Positions 1 to 6,193 of a stretch of DNA of 20,000 bases are shown here, piece after piece; the stretch's first letter is position 1; every line of letters begins with the position of its first letter. The DNA is from an uncultured virus (IMG/VR IMGVR_UViG_3300042691_029418) (Duplodnaviria > Heunggongvirae > Uroviricota > Caudoviricetes). The stretch lies in the IMG/VR virus record IMGVR_UViG_3300042691_029418. One strand, written 5' to 3'. The translations under genes and the position numbers were made by a program. The notes beneath the pieces are model-generated. The model saw nothing but the letters and a program-made list of their open reading frames with translations, did not search any database and was not told the origin of the DNA.

Positions 1-145
1 AATCATACTTTACTCTGAGTGTCTCTTTCACCTTCTTTGGTTTTTTTGGTTTCTTCACATATATCCATTTTCCATCTTCTTTAATATACTTTGAACCTTG
101 TGATGTAATCCTTACTGTTCCTTCTGGTAAAATCTCTTTGGGCAT
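1..145 (-). CDS. Partial basic protein MPKEILPEGTVRITSQGSKYIKEDGKWIYVKKPKK..., runs off window edge
   Basis: Manually translated from ATG at 145; open to position 1; Lys-rich. Confidence 0.55.
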   Translation of the reverse strand, partial: MPKEILPEGTVRITSQGSKYIKEDGKWIYVKKPKKPKKVKETLRVKYD

Positions 146-308
146 AATTTTTATATCCGGAATTTTTTGGTTTTCGAAGGTTTTGTAAGTTCATTTTAGC
201 ATACAATTTAGCTGCCTTCCGTAACACTTTATAGCCTCCAGGGACCCATTGATTTTTATATCACGGCGGCAACCCCCGCACCGGATCGGGCACGGGGACA
301 CTGCTGAT

Positions 309-515
309 TCACGAACGAATGACACTGCCACGGTAGTCTGTATGTAACCCTGCAAGTTCCCATGCGGGGAAACCATCAATCCCATCACGTTTGTAACAAC
401 GACCGAACTCATCATCACGGTGACTGTTAAGTTGCGGACGACCCTTAACTACATTCGTTGCCACCCATATGGTCTCACGGGTGTTAAGATCGGTTGCCAT
501 GCTGTAGAGTGCCAT
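309..515 (-). CDS. Hypothetical early protein (68 aa)
   Basis: ORF track; pyrimidine-rich leader shared with the 919-1056 gene. Confidence 0.7.
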   Translation of the reverse strand: MALYSMATDLNTRETIWVATNVVKGRPQLNSHRDDEFGRCYKRDGIDGFPAWELAGLHTDYRGSVIRS

Positions 516-551
516 GAGAAGAAAGTGTGAGTGGGAAAGTGTTAACGAAGG

Positions 552-839
552 TCAGGCATGAGCACACTGAAAGTAAGGAATCGGACGTGCCTGATCAAAC
601 ACACTGTAGAACATATCCCATGCGGGAGTATCAGCAACGAAGGAGGAAATGTCTGCCTGATCGCATACCCATTCGTATGCCATATCAGCATCGGCATTGT
701 TATCAAGCACGAACTGATAGAGACCTTCGATTGCACCGCGGAATGCTTTATCTTCCACAAGTGACATCCAAGTTTTGCCAGTTTCAGTATCTTTGATCAT
801 GACTTTGCCAGTGATGCTGTAAGTGGTTTCGATGCTCAT
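552..839 (-). CDS. Hypothetical early protein (MSIETTYS..., 95 aa)
   Basis: ORF 552..863 trimmed to ATG 839, downstream of -10 box at 864-869. Confidence 0.75.
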   Translation of the reverse strand: MSIETTYSITGKVMIKDTETGKTWMSLVEDKAFRGAIEGLYQFVLDNNADADMAYEWVCDQADISSFVADTPAWDMFYSVFDQARPIPYFQCAHA

Positions 840-863
840 GTGTGTTTCGTTTGGTGTCCCCAT

Positions 864-921
864 ATTGTAGAACCCCCACCCGACGAATCGGAGTGAGGGT
901 GTGCCACTAATCAGACTGTCA
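864..921 (-). promoter_or_regulatory. Early promoter module 1
   Basis: -10 TACAAT (864-869), 32 nt, TGCCA(902)-N10-TGTCA(917-921). Confidence 0.8.
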
Positions 922-1056
922 CCAGATAACGGGATTGCCCTGAAAATCTGTTACAGTGCCCTGCTCAGTGTCGTTTGCAATTGATTCAAGAATCCGCAGG
1001 ATATCATCACCATTGTTACCTTGACGGAGCAGAGAAAGTGCCAGAGATTGAGTCAT
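919..1056 (-). CDS. Small protein MTQSLALSLLRQGNNGDDILRIL... (45 aa)
   Basis: Manual translation; TGA stop lies in the promoter half-site. Confidence 0.7.
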   Translation of the reverse strand: MTQSLALSLLRQGNNGDDILRILESIANDTEQGTVTDFQGNPVIW

Positions 1057-1093
1057 GAGAAAAAAGAGTGAGTGTTAACGAAGGGAGAAAAGT

Positions 1094-1234
1094 TTAGGGG
1101 GCAAGGTGTGCAGGAGATCCGCATGATTTGTAGAACTCAACCATTCGCATTGCCTCCTCATAAGTGCGGAACCATTGTGACCTCCACTCACACTGATTGT
1201 AAGGGGTCTGATAACGAACTTCGTAACGGGTCAT
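1094..1234 (-). CDS. Small protein MTRYEVRYQTPYNQCEWRSQWF... (46 aa)
   Basis: Manual translation; fills gap between neighbours. Confidence 0.7.
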   Translation of the reverse strand: MTRYEVRYQTPYNQCEWRSQWFRTYEEAMRMVEFYKSCGSPAHLAP

Positions 1235-1280
1235 TGTGAAACTTAAGAGGTGAACAGTAAGAGTCAGTGAGAAGAAAAGT

Positions 1281-1598
1281 TCAGTTCAGACGCATACCAG
1301 AGAAGAAAGGAATTGTGCCGAATTGTTGAGAAGAAAAGAACCAATCAAAGTTCTTTTGGAAGACACGTTCACCAGGGATTCCGTGCTCAGAAAGAATAGC
1401 ATTGAGACGGGATTTGGTGGTGTTGGTTTGATGTCCACCGTCGAAAAGTTCAATCCAGGTTTCACCAATTCGGGCAATCAAATTACCGTGCAGAAAGACA
1501 TCAGAAACATGAGAACAAGAGACAACCTCAGTGTTTGCCATCTTGAAATCTTTGCCTGCAGTGATAGCAGCATTCATCAGACGTTCGATCTTACGCAT
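1281..1598 (-). CDS. Phage hypothetical early protein (105 aa)
   Basis: ORF track; LHGNLIA...TTKSRLNA motif seen in phage hypotheticals; directly below promoter module 2. Confidence 0.8.
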   Translation of the reverse strand: MRKIERLMNAAITAGKDFKMANTEVVSCSHVSDVFLHGNLIARIGETWIELFDGGHQTNTTKSRLNAILSEHGIPGERVFQKNFDWFFSSQQFGTIPFFSGMRLN

Positions 1599-1624
1599 GG
1601 GGTGAGGTCGTTTGAACTGAAAGT

Positions 1625-1683
1625 ATTGTAAGGGGTCGGAGGGGGGTCTCAGGGGCAGCAGTGTGCCACTAGGTCAGCTGGCA
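1625..1683 (-). promoter_or_regulatory. Early promoter module 2
   Basis: -10 TACAAT (1625-1630); perfect GTGTGCCA-N10-TGGCACAC at 1661-1686. Confidence 0.85.
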
Positions 1684-2573
1684 CACTGGAAACGACCGTG
1701 GTTGAAATTAGCATTCGAAAAGACCTCACGATTCACCAGTTTGAACATACCAAACTCATTGGTCAGAACGTAACCTTCGGCATCAATTCTGTTGCCGTAG
1801 AGGTATGCTGCAGGGCCATCATTGCGGCACAGGAAGAGACAATCATCTTTGATGCTCTTTACCAGTGCCCACAAACGCAGCAGGTTGGTATCACAATCGA
1901 AGTCTTCAGGGTTGATCTCTTCACCAGCACGAATGCAGGCATTGATCTGTTGTTTGATCTTTGCTGCCTCTTTTACACTTACGAACTCACAGGCAGTAGA
2001 CATTTGACGGGCAAAGTCACAAACTTCCTTAACATCAGCAAACGATTCTTGCCCGTGCAGAATGTATGCATGAGGTTTCACAAATTTCGCATACTGAGTA
2101 TCAGTGATGATAAAGTTCATCGGGTGTGCTACAGCATCCCGCAGATCTTTGTCGGCAGTGTAGAACGTGTGAGGTGCTACAATGATCTCCTGATCAACTA
2201 CTTCTGGGAACTGGTAAGTGAGTAGGTTGGGAGTGTATTCAGTATCCCCACCAAACCCGATAAAGTCTCCTTGAAAAATGTACTCTGTACGAGGAAGATA
2301 ATCAAAACAAAAGTGCAGAATTGTTGCAACTTGTCCACTGTAGAATTGATCAATTTCTTCATGAGAATGAGCAATCTTGATTTTAACTTTGTTGAACACA
2401 GATTTGGTGCCAACAAAGAACTTACCAGTCGCAGGGTTTGTACCCCAGACGATGGCAGGACTTCCATCGATCTTCACTGACAGATTACCAGCAGCAGTGA
2501 ACCAATCCAGGGAGGAAAGGTCGCCCGTGAGAACCTGATCCTCTGGATGCTCAAGGTGGAGGTTTTTCGTCAT
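1674..2573 (-). CDS. DUF6267-like protein with RNA ligase/covalent nucleotidyltransferase-like motifs (299 aa)
   Basis: KNLHLEHPED N-terminus; VKIDG (motif I KxDG), FQGDF, EGYVL, FKLV; start trimmed to MTKN at 2573. Confidence 0.65.
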   Translation of the reverse strand: MTKNLHLEHPEDQVLTGDLSSLDWFTAAGNLSVKIDGSPAIVWGTNPATGKFFVGTKSVFNKVKIKIAHSHEEIDQFYSGQVATILHFCFDYLPRTEYIFQGDFIGFGGDTEYTPNLLTYQFPEVVDQEIIVAPHTFYTADKDLRDAVAHPMNFIITDTQYAKFVKPHAYILHGQESFADVKEVCDFARQMSTACEFVSVKEAAKIKQQINACIRAGEEINPEDFDCDTNLLRLWALVKSIKDDCLFLCRNDGPAAYLYGNRIDAEGYVLTNEFGMFKLVNREVFSNANFNHGRFQCAS

Positions 2574-2592
2574 GGGTGCTTTGCTCATGAAC

Positions 2593-2652
2593 ATAGTATG
2601 GCACAGGGTCAGGCAGTCTGCAACGGGGCTTGTGCCAGATTCCTAACCGTCC
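2593..2652 (-). promoter_or_regulatory. Early promoter module 3 (distal half-site degenerate)
   Basis: -10 TACTAT (2593-2598); TGCCA(2633)-N10-CGTCC. Confidence 0.65.
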
Positions 2653-2974
2653 ATCCCAACTCACCATTTCTATTTCTTTTTGTGGTAATCTTGCTCAATC
2701 TTTTTTTACCATCGGCAGATAAAACATTCACTCTTCCTTTATACCATCCTTCAGGTATATTATCGGGAAAAGTCATCATATTTGATTCGCCATTGGTAAC
2801 CCATATTTTACCTTTTTGTGAAGAAACTTTTCCCCATCTATGATTATTTTTACCCCTCATATCATATGATGGTCCAGTTCTTTCTACCGTATAAGAACTA
2901 GGATCTTCAATAATCCAATCCGGTCCATCTATGTTGAAACATTCATTCAACGATTTAACGTGAAGTTTATTCAT
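2609..2974 (-). CDS. Homing-endonuclease-associated DNA-binding-module protein (NUMOD3-like), no visible nuclease domain (121 aa)
   Basis: GKNNHRWGK, KGKIWVTNG...IPEGWYKGR and SADGKKRLS motifs; no GIY-YIG or HNH signature. Confidence 0.6.
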   Translation of the reverse strand: MNKLHVKSLNECFNIDGPDWIIEDPSSYTVERTGPSYDMRGKNNHRWGKVSSQKGKIWVTNGESNMMTFPDNIPEGWYKGRVNVLSADGKKRLSKITTKRNRNGELGWTVRNLAQAPLQTA

Positions 2975-2997
2975 TCTTGTCTTATAAGTCGCATAGT

Positions 2998-3005
2998 TAT
3001 TTATA
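2998..3005 (-). promoter_or_regulatory. T4-type late promoter TATAAATA
   Basis: Exact consensus 23 nt upstream of ATG 2974. Confidence 0.8.
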
Positions 3006-3007
3006 CT

Positions 3008-3031
3008 AAAAGAGGGGCATTTCTGCCCCTC
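3008..3031 (-). terminator. Intrinsic terminator
   Basis: GAGGGGCA-GAAA-TGCCCCTC followed by TTTT on minus strand. Confidence 0.75.
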
Positions 3032-3070
3032 AAAGTTGCTTTAGATGCGACTCATAAGCATCATTATTTA

Positions 3071-3241
3071 TCATCCCCCAGAGTGAAGAATGTCTAGCAT
3101 TTGTTGGTGATAGTGGTCTGCCTCACGAACCACATTTGCTGCCTCTGATACATCTTCAATCTCATACTGTGTCATCTCCAGAGAGTGAATCACATTAGAG
3201 AGAAGATCAGTCAGAGCATCAATCTTTTGTGCGTCAGTCAT
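3071..3241 (-). CDS. Small protein MTDAQKIDALTDLL... (56 aa)
   Basis: Manual translation; ATGA overlap with upstream gene. Confidence 0.7.
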   Translation of the reverse strand: MTDAQKIDALTDLLSNVIHSLEMTQYEIEDVSEAANVVREADHYHQQMLDILHSGG

Positions 3242-3438
3242 TTCAGAACGTGGCGATAATCAATGGATTTGATGCACCAACCTGTAGCAGCAGTGATTTC
3301 TTCTACGAGGTCATCTTCATCATCTGCCTCCCAAATCATACCGATAGTTTCATCGGTAATGTTACTGAACTGATGCTCGGGAAAGTCATCAGTAGCATCA
3401 TCAAAATCAAACTCGATTGCAGTAACTTGGAATTGCAT
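3238..3438 (-). CDS. Small acidic protein (66 aa)
   Basis: ORF track; WEADDEDDLVEEITAATGWCI. Confidence 0.8.
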   Translation of the reverse strand: MQFQVTAIEFDFDDATDDFPEHQFSNITDETIGMIWEADDEDDLVEEITAATGWCIKSIDYRHVLK

Positions 3439-3442
3439 TGTT

Positions 3443-3568
3443 TCAGTAATCGTAGTTTGCGTTCAGGTACTCATTGACATCGAACTTTTCATCTTTGAGT
3501 TCAGGAATGTCAAGGTCGAAAATCTCACCAGGCATGTCCTGAATCTCTTGCCACATTTCATCAAACAT
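3443..3568 (-). CDS. Small acidic protein MFDEMWQEIQDMPGEIFD... (41 aa)
   Basis: ORF 3443..3637 trimmed to ATG below promoter module 4. Confidence 0.7.
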   Translation of the reverse strand: MFDEMWQEIQDMPGEIFDLDIPELKDEKFDVNEYLNANYDY

Positions 3569-3593
3569 TGGTGAATCCCTCAGGAACGAATGT

Positions 3594-3651
3594 AATGTAG
3601 AACGGATTGGGGGGCATTGCAACCCCCCTTGTGCCACTTAGTTGACTGTCA
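3594..3651 (-). promoter_or_regulatory. Early promoter module 4
   Basis: TTGCAA-17-TACATT; GGGGGG/CCCCCC hairpin; TGCCA(3632)-N10-TGTCA. Confidence 0.8.
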
Positions 3652-3889
3652 CACCCTCAAACAGTTTGGTGTCAAACAGTGCCTCAACTTGACTCACGGG
3701 GCTAAGATTCACGAACATTTGTGCAGCGAGAACAGTTTTGTCACGAATATCTTCACACTCATAGTCATCAATTTCCTCGTTGACATAATTCTGATAATAT
3801 TTCGACTTCATACCAATCCGCACAAGATCACGGAGCAGACTCATCTCATCAGAATCCAGTTTGATCGTGTACTGAGTTTTGGTTTTCAT
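3638..3889 (-). CDS. Hypothetical early protein (83 aa)
   Basis: ORF track; fits between modules 5 and 4. Confidence 0.75.
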   Translation of the reverse strand: MKTKTQYTIKLDSDEMSLLRDLVRIGMKSKYYQNYVNEEIDDYECEDIRDKTVLAAQMFVNLSPVSQVEALFDTKLFEGVTVN

Positions 3890-3913
3890 GGTGTGTTTCA
3901 GGTGAACGAATGT

Positions 3914-3971
3914 AATGTAGAACGAATCAGGCAGGAAGTCTAGGGGGGTTGTGCCACTTCCCCAACTGTCA
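3914..3971 (-). promoter_or_regulatory. Early promoter module 5
   Basis: TAGACT-17-TACATT; TGCCA(3952)-N10-TGTCA. Confidence 0.8.
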
Positions 3972-4130
3972 CACAGAAGGGGTCACTTCGATTTCTTTAA
4001 TATTCAACCCACACAGTTGATTGTAAACACGATTGCTGATCAGATCACATGCACGTTTGGCACTCGATTTCTCATACCAAATCGTGACGCAGCCATCATA
4101 TGCCTCAACACGAATTCGATAGTTTTTCAT
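3969..4130 (-). CDS. Small protein MKNYRIRVEAYDGCVTIW... (53 aa)
   Basis: Manual translation; stop inside half-site of module 5. Confidence 0.7.
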   Translation of the reverse strand: MKNYRIRVEAYDGCVTIWYEKSSAKRACDLISNRVYNQLCGLNIKEIEVTPSV

Positions 4131-4153
4131 CGATTAATTGCGACGACAAAGGT

Positions 4154-4210
4154 ACAATACCACTACCAGGGGGTACGTATACCCCCTGTGTGCCACTTTC
4201 AGAATTGTCA
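4154..4210 (-). promoter_or_regulatory. Early promoter module 6
   Basis: -10 TATTGT; CAGGGGGT/ACCCCCTG hairpin; TGCCA(4191)-N10-TGTCA. Confidence 0.75.
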
Positions 4211-4411
4211 CACCTCATTCATAACTTTTAGACGACGCATAATATCATAAATTTCCATCTCATTCACGTCGATCTCATTCATATCAACGGGTGCGAATTC
4301 TTCGAGATTAATGTTACCATTGGCATAGATCGGAGCATAATACAACTCATCACCATCTTCCTGCGATAAAGTATAAACACAACCGTGATTGGTCGAAGTG
4401 ATAAAAATCAT
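4208..4411 (-). CDS. Small acidic protein (67 aa)
   Basis: ORF track; stop inside half-site of module 6. Confidence 0.75.
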   Translation of the reverse strand: MIFITSTNHGCVYTLSQEDGDELYYAPIYANGNINLEEFAPVDMNEIDVNEMEIYDIMRRLKVMNEV

Positions 4412-4432
4412 TTAAATTTCAGCAACGAATGT

Positions 4433-4490
4433 ACAATAACCCACATCCTGGCAGATATCAATCCCCTGTGTGCCACTAGTCCAACTGTCC
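4433..4490 (-). promoter_or_regulatory. Early promoter module 7
   Basis: TTGATA-17-TATTGT; TGCCA(4471)-N10-TGTCC. Confidence 0.75.
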
Positions 4491-4491
4491 T

Positions 4492-4546
4492 CATTCTCAA
4501 TAAAGAGAGTCTTATTGAGAATCAATAAGGATTATAATTGAGAATA
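4492..4546. repeat. Left arm of ~55-bp imperfect inverted repeat (three ATTCTCAA/TTGAGAAT sites)
   Basis: Matches reverse complement of 5232-5287 in identical blocks of 12, 13 and 9 nt. Confidence 0.8.
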
Positions 4547-4569
4547 CAACCAATTCTCAAACTGGCACA

Positions 4570-4725
4570 CTAATAGAATGGATCGTAGTCCTTGATGCTA
4601 ACATCGATATCTTCGTCACCTTGAAGATCTAGAAGTTCTCTCCAATTGAGATCTTCAACATCTAGATCATCATAACATGTGATATCTAATGTGACACGTA
4701 CATGACGTTTCTGTGCGGTTTGCAT
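4570..4725 (-). CDS. Small acidic protein MQTAQKRHVRVTLDITCYDDLDVED... (51 aa)
   Basis: Manual translation. Confidence 0.7.
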   Translation of the reverse strand: MQTAQKRHVRVTLDITCYDDLDVEDLNWRELLDLQGDEDIDVSIKDYDPFY

Positions 4726-4755
4726 GTGTATCTCGTGCGTGTGTGCTAGATTCTA

Positions 4756-4902
4756 TCATGCATAGTGACGATATGCAAGTGCTTCGTAATCTTGCCCATC
4801 TCGTGCATAATCCTCGTCTGATGCACCGTGCTCGTAGTATGCATCCTCATCGAGACTGTAATCGTTGCTGATTGTATAGTCGAGATCGTAATCGTCGTAC
4901 AT
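4756..4902 (-). CDS. Asp/Tyr-rich peptide MYDDYDLDYTISNDYSLDEDAYYE... (48 aa)
   Basis: Manual translation; below promoter at 4932-4960. Confidence 0.7.
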   Translation of the reverse strand: MYDDYDLDYTISNDYSLDEDAYYEHGASDEDYARDGQDYEALAYRHYA

Positions 4903-5080
4903 AACTCGTCGAGATGATTAATGACTTGTACAGTGTAGCATGATCTCGACGAGATTGCAAGCCTTATGATACATGTATCTCGTCGAGATGATAATGATAT
5001 ATATGAGATCTCGTCTATTATGTTAAGAATCGCTTATGAATATCGACGAGAAATGTGTGGATCTCGTGGCATCTCGTGCG
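4903..5080. repeat. Cluster of ATCTCG-N-CGAGAT palindromes and ATCTCGT half-sites
   Basis: Full sites 4903-4915 (1 mismatch), 4943-4955, 4977-4989; partial sites near 5008, 5043, 5061, 5071 (also 4730, 4798). Confidence 0.8.
4932..4960 (-). promoter_or_regulatory. Sigma70-type promoter
   Basis: TTGCAA-17-TACACT with a palindrome in the spacer. Confidence 0.65.
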
Positions 5081-5084
5081 GGGG

Positions 5085-5113
5085 TTGACATTGCGGACTT
5101 CGTGTGTTATAAT
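5085..5113 (+). promoter_or_regulatory. Perfect-consensus sigma70 promoter, plus strand
   Basis: TTGACA(5085-5090)-17-TATAAT(5108-5113) with extended -10 TG. Confidence 0.85.
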
Positions 5114-5140
5114 CCGCAGGCAAAGGTCACAAGTCCTAGA

Positions 5141-5217
5141 GGCATTTATAAGACATTTATAGGGCATTTATAAGACATTTATAGGGCATTTATAAGGCAT
5201 TTATAAAGCACTTAAAA
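5141..5217. repeat. 11-bp tandem repeat G[G/A]CATTTATA[A/G], six copies plus one degenerate
   Basis: Units start at 5141, 5152, 5163, 5174, 5185, 5196, (5207). Confidence 0.95.
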
Positions 5218-5231
5218 GACTTAAAGGAACC

Positions 5232-5287
5232 TATTCTCAACTATAACATACTATTGATTCTCAACTATTATCACCTTATTGAGAATG
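5232..5287. repeat. Right arm of ~55-bp imperfect inverted repeat
   Basis: ATTCTCAA at 5233 and 5257, TTGAGAAT at 5279; mirror of 4492-4546. Confidence 0.8.
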
Positions 5288-5336
5288 TTATGAAATGATA
5301 ATATATGTTTTTTAATATATTTTTTTAATTAAATCA

Positions 5337-5600
5337 TTACCATTTCTGTATTGGACAGTATGCAGCCTGGAATTTTACCTTATGTTCCAACCAACAACCA
5401 CAGTGCTTACAACGTTCCTGTCTCACACTATAATACTCACACTTCTTACAGGTATCAAGTCTTTCCTTCTGTAATTCCTTAGATGCATAAATCTGTGGAT
5501 CTGGAGTTGTGAGTACATCCTTTACAACTTCAAATGTAAACTTTGCAAGGTTCTTTCCTTGTTCTGTAATTGATGGAAATTGCTCTTGATTATCAGTCAT
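5337..5600 (-). CDS. Cys-rich putative metal-binding protein (DUF6171-like, 87 aa)
   Basis: CKKCEYY...CKHCGC...CPIQKW; ATGA overlap with upstream gene. Confidence 0.7.
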   Translation of the reverse strand: MTDNQEQFPSITEQGKNLAKFTFEVVKDVLTTPDPQIYASKELQKERLDTCKKCEYYSVRQERCKHCGCWLEHKVKFQAAYCPIQKW

Positions 5601-6193
5601 CGTCCTAGATAAAACCAACCTGTAATCACATACTTAGTTCCTTCCAATACTAATCCTCCACGGTGAGCATGAGTCATACCAGCAGGCCAGATCAGTAACT
5701 TACCTTTCTCTGGTTGTACTCTCTTCTTATAATACAGAAACTCAGTCTCTCCTCCCTTATAATCATCATTCAAATACAACATCCATACAAGTGCTCTGGC
5801 ACAATGTTCTAGTCCACTGTTCTCATCATGCCAGACATGATAACCACCACCAGCAGGAGTCTTTTGTACCTTTTGAGAGATCGAATACAATGGCACCTGT
5901 TTCATATGTCCGAAGACTTGACGATACTCTTCTAAGCAAGAGGACAAGACCTGATTTAGATGTTGTGAGGTATTGTTCTGAAATGACTGTTGCATATTGA
6001 CAAGATCAAGTGCCCAATCGAATCGTCCTGCATTGGAGTTCTCAAACTGATCATCCTCACAGAATACAGAATCAAGACTCTGATAATAATCAAAAGTCTT
6101 CATCACATCATAACAAAATTTAGAATCAACACTACAAGAGTATGATCCTATGAAGTCTTCGTATATACCTTTAAGTTCAGTCGTTTCCATCAA
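5597..6193 (-). CDS. 2OG-Fe(II) oxygenase (prolyl-4-hydroxylase-like)
   Basis: WHDE, YLNDDYKGGETEF, AHRG, KYVITGW. Confidence 0.9.
   Translation of the reverse strand: MMETTELKGIYEDFIGSYSCSVDSKFCYDVMKTFDYYQSLDSVFCEDDQFENSNAGRFDWALDLVNMQQSFQNNTSQHLNQVLSSCLEEYRQVFGHMKQVPLYSISQKVQKTPAGGGYHVWHDENSGLEHCARALVWMLYLNDDYKGGETEFLYYKKRVQPEKGKLLIWPAGMTHAHRGGLVLEGTKYVITGWFYLGR

Larger units (their letters stand above)
2981..3058 (-). other. Structured leader: 14-bp outer stem enclosing a terminator hairpin and a late promoter
   Basis: Arms CTTATAAGTCGCAT (2981-2994) and ATGCGACTCATAAG (3045-3058); one G-U pair in minus-strand RNA. Confidence 0.75.

Noticed and set aside
191..418. 75-aa minus-strand ORF
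   Set aside because: Overlaps 309..515 in another frame and runs through the hairpin region; no support
864..4490. Repeats as a CRISPR array or classical integron
   Set aside because: Repeats are short, degenerate and separated by whole genes; no cas or integrase gene and no attC-type structure seen
4548..4570. Thirteenth early promoter module
   Set aside because: Only one good half-site (TGGCA 4563-4567); partner AACCA is poor, with no -10 at the expected distance and no downstream ORF
5141..5217. Tandem array as mini-CRISPR or guide-RNA array
   Set aside because: 11-bp units are contiguous with no unique spacers
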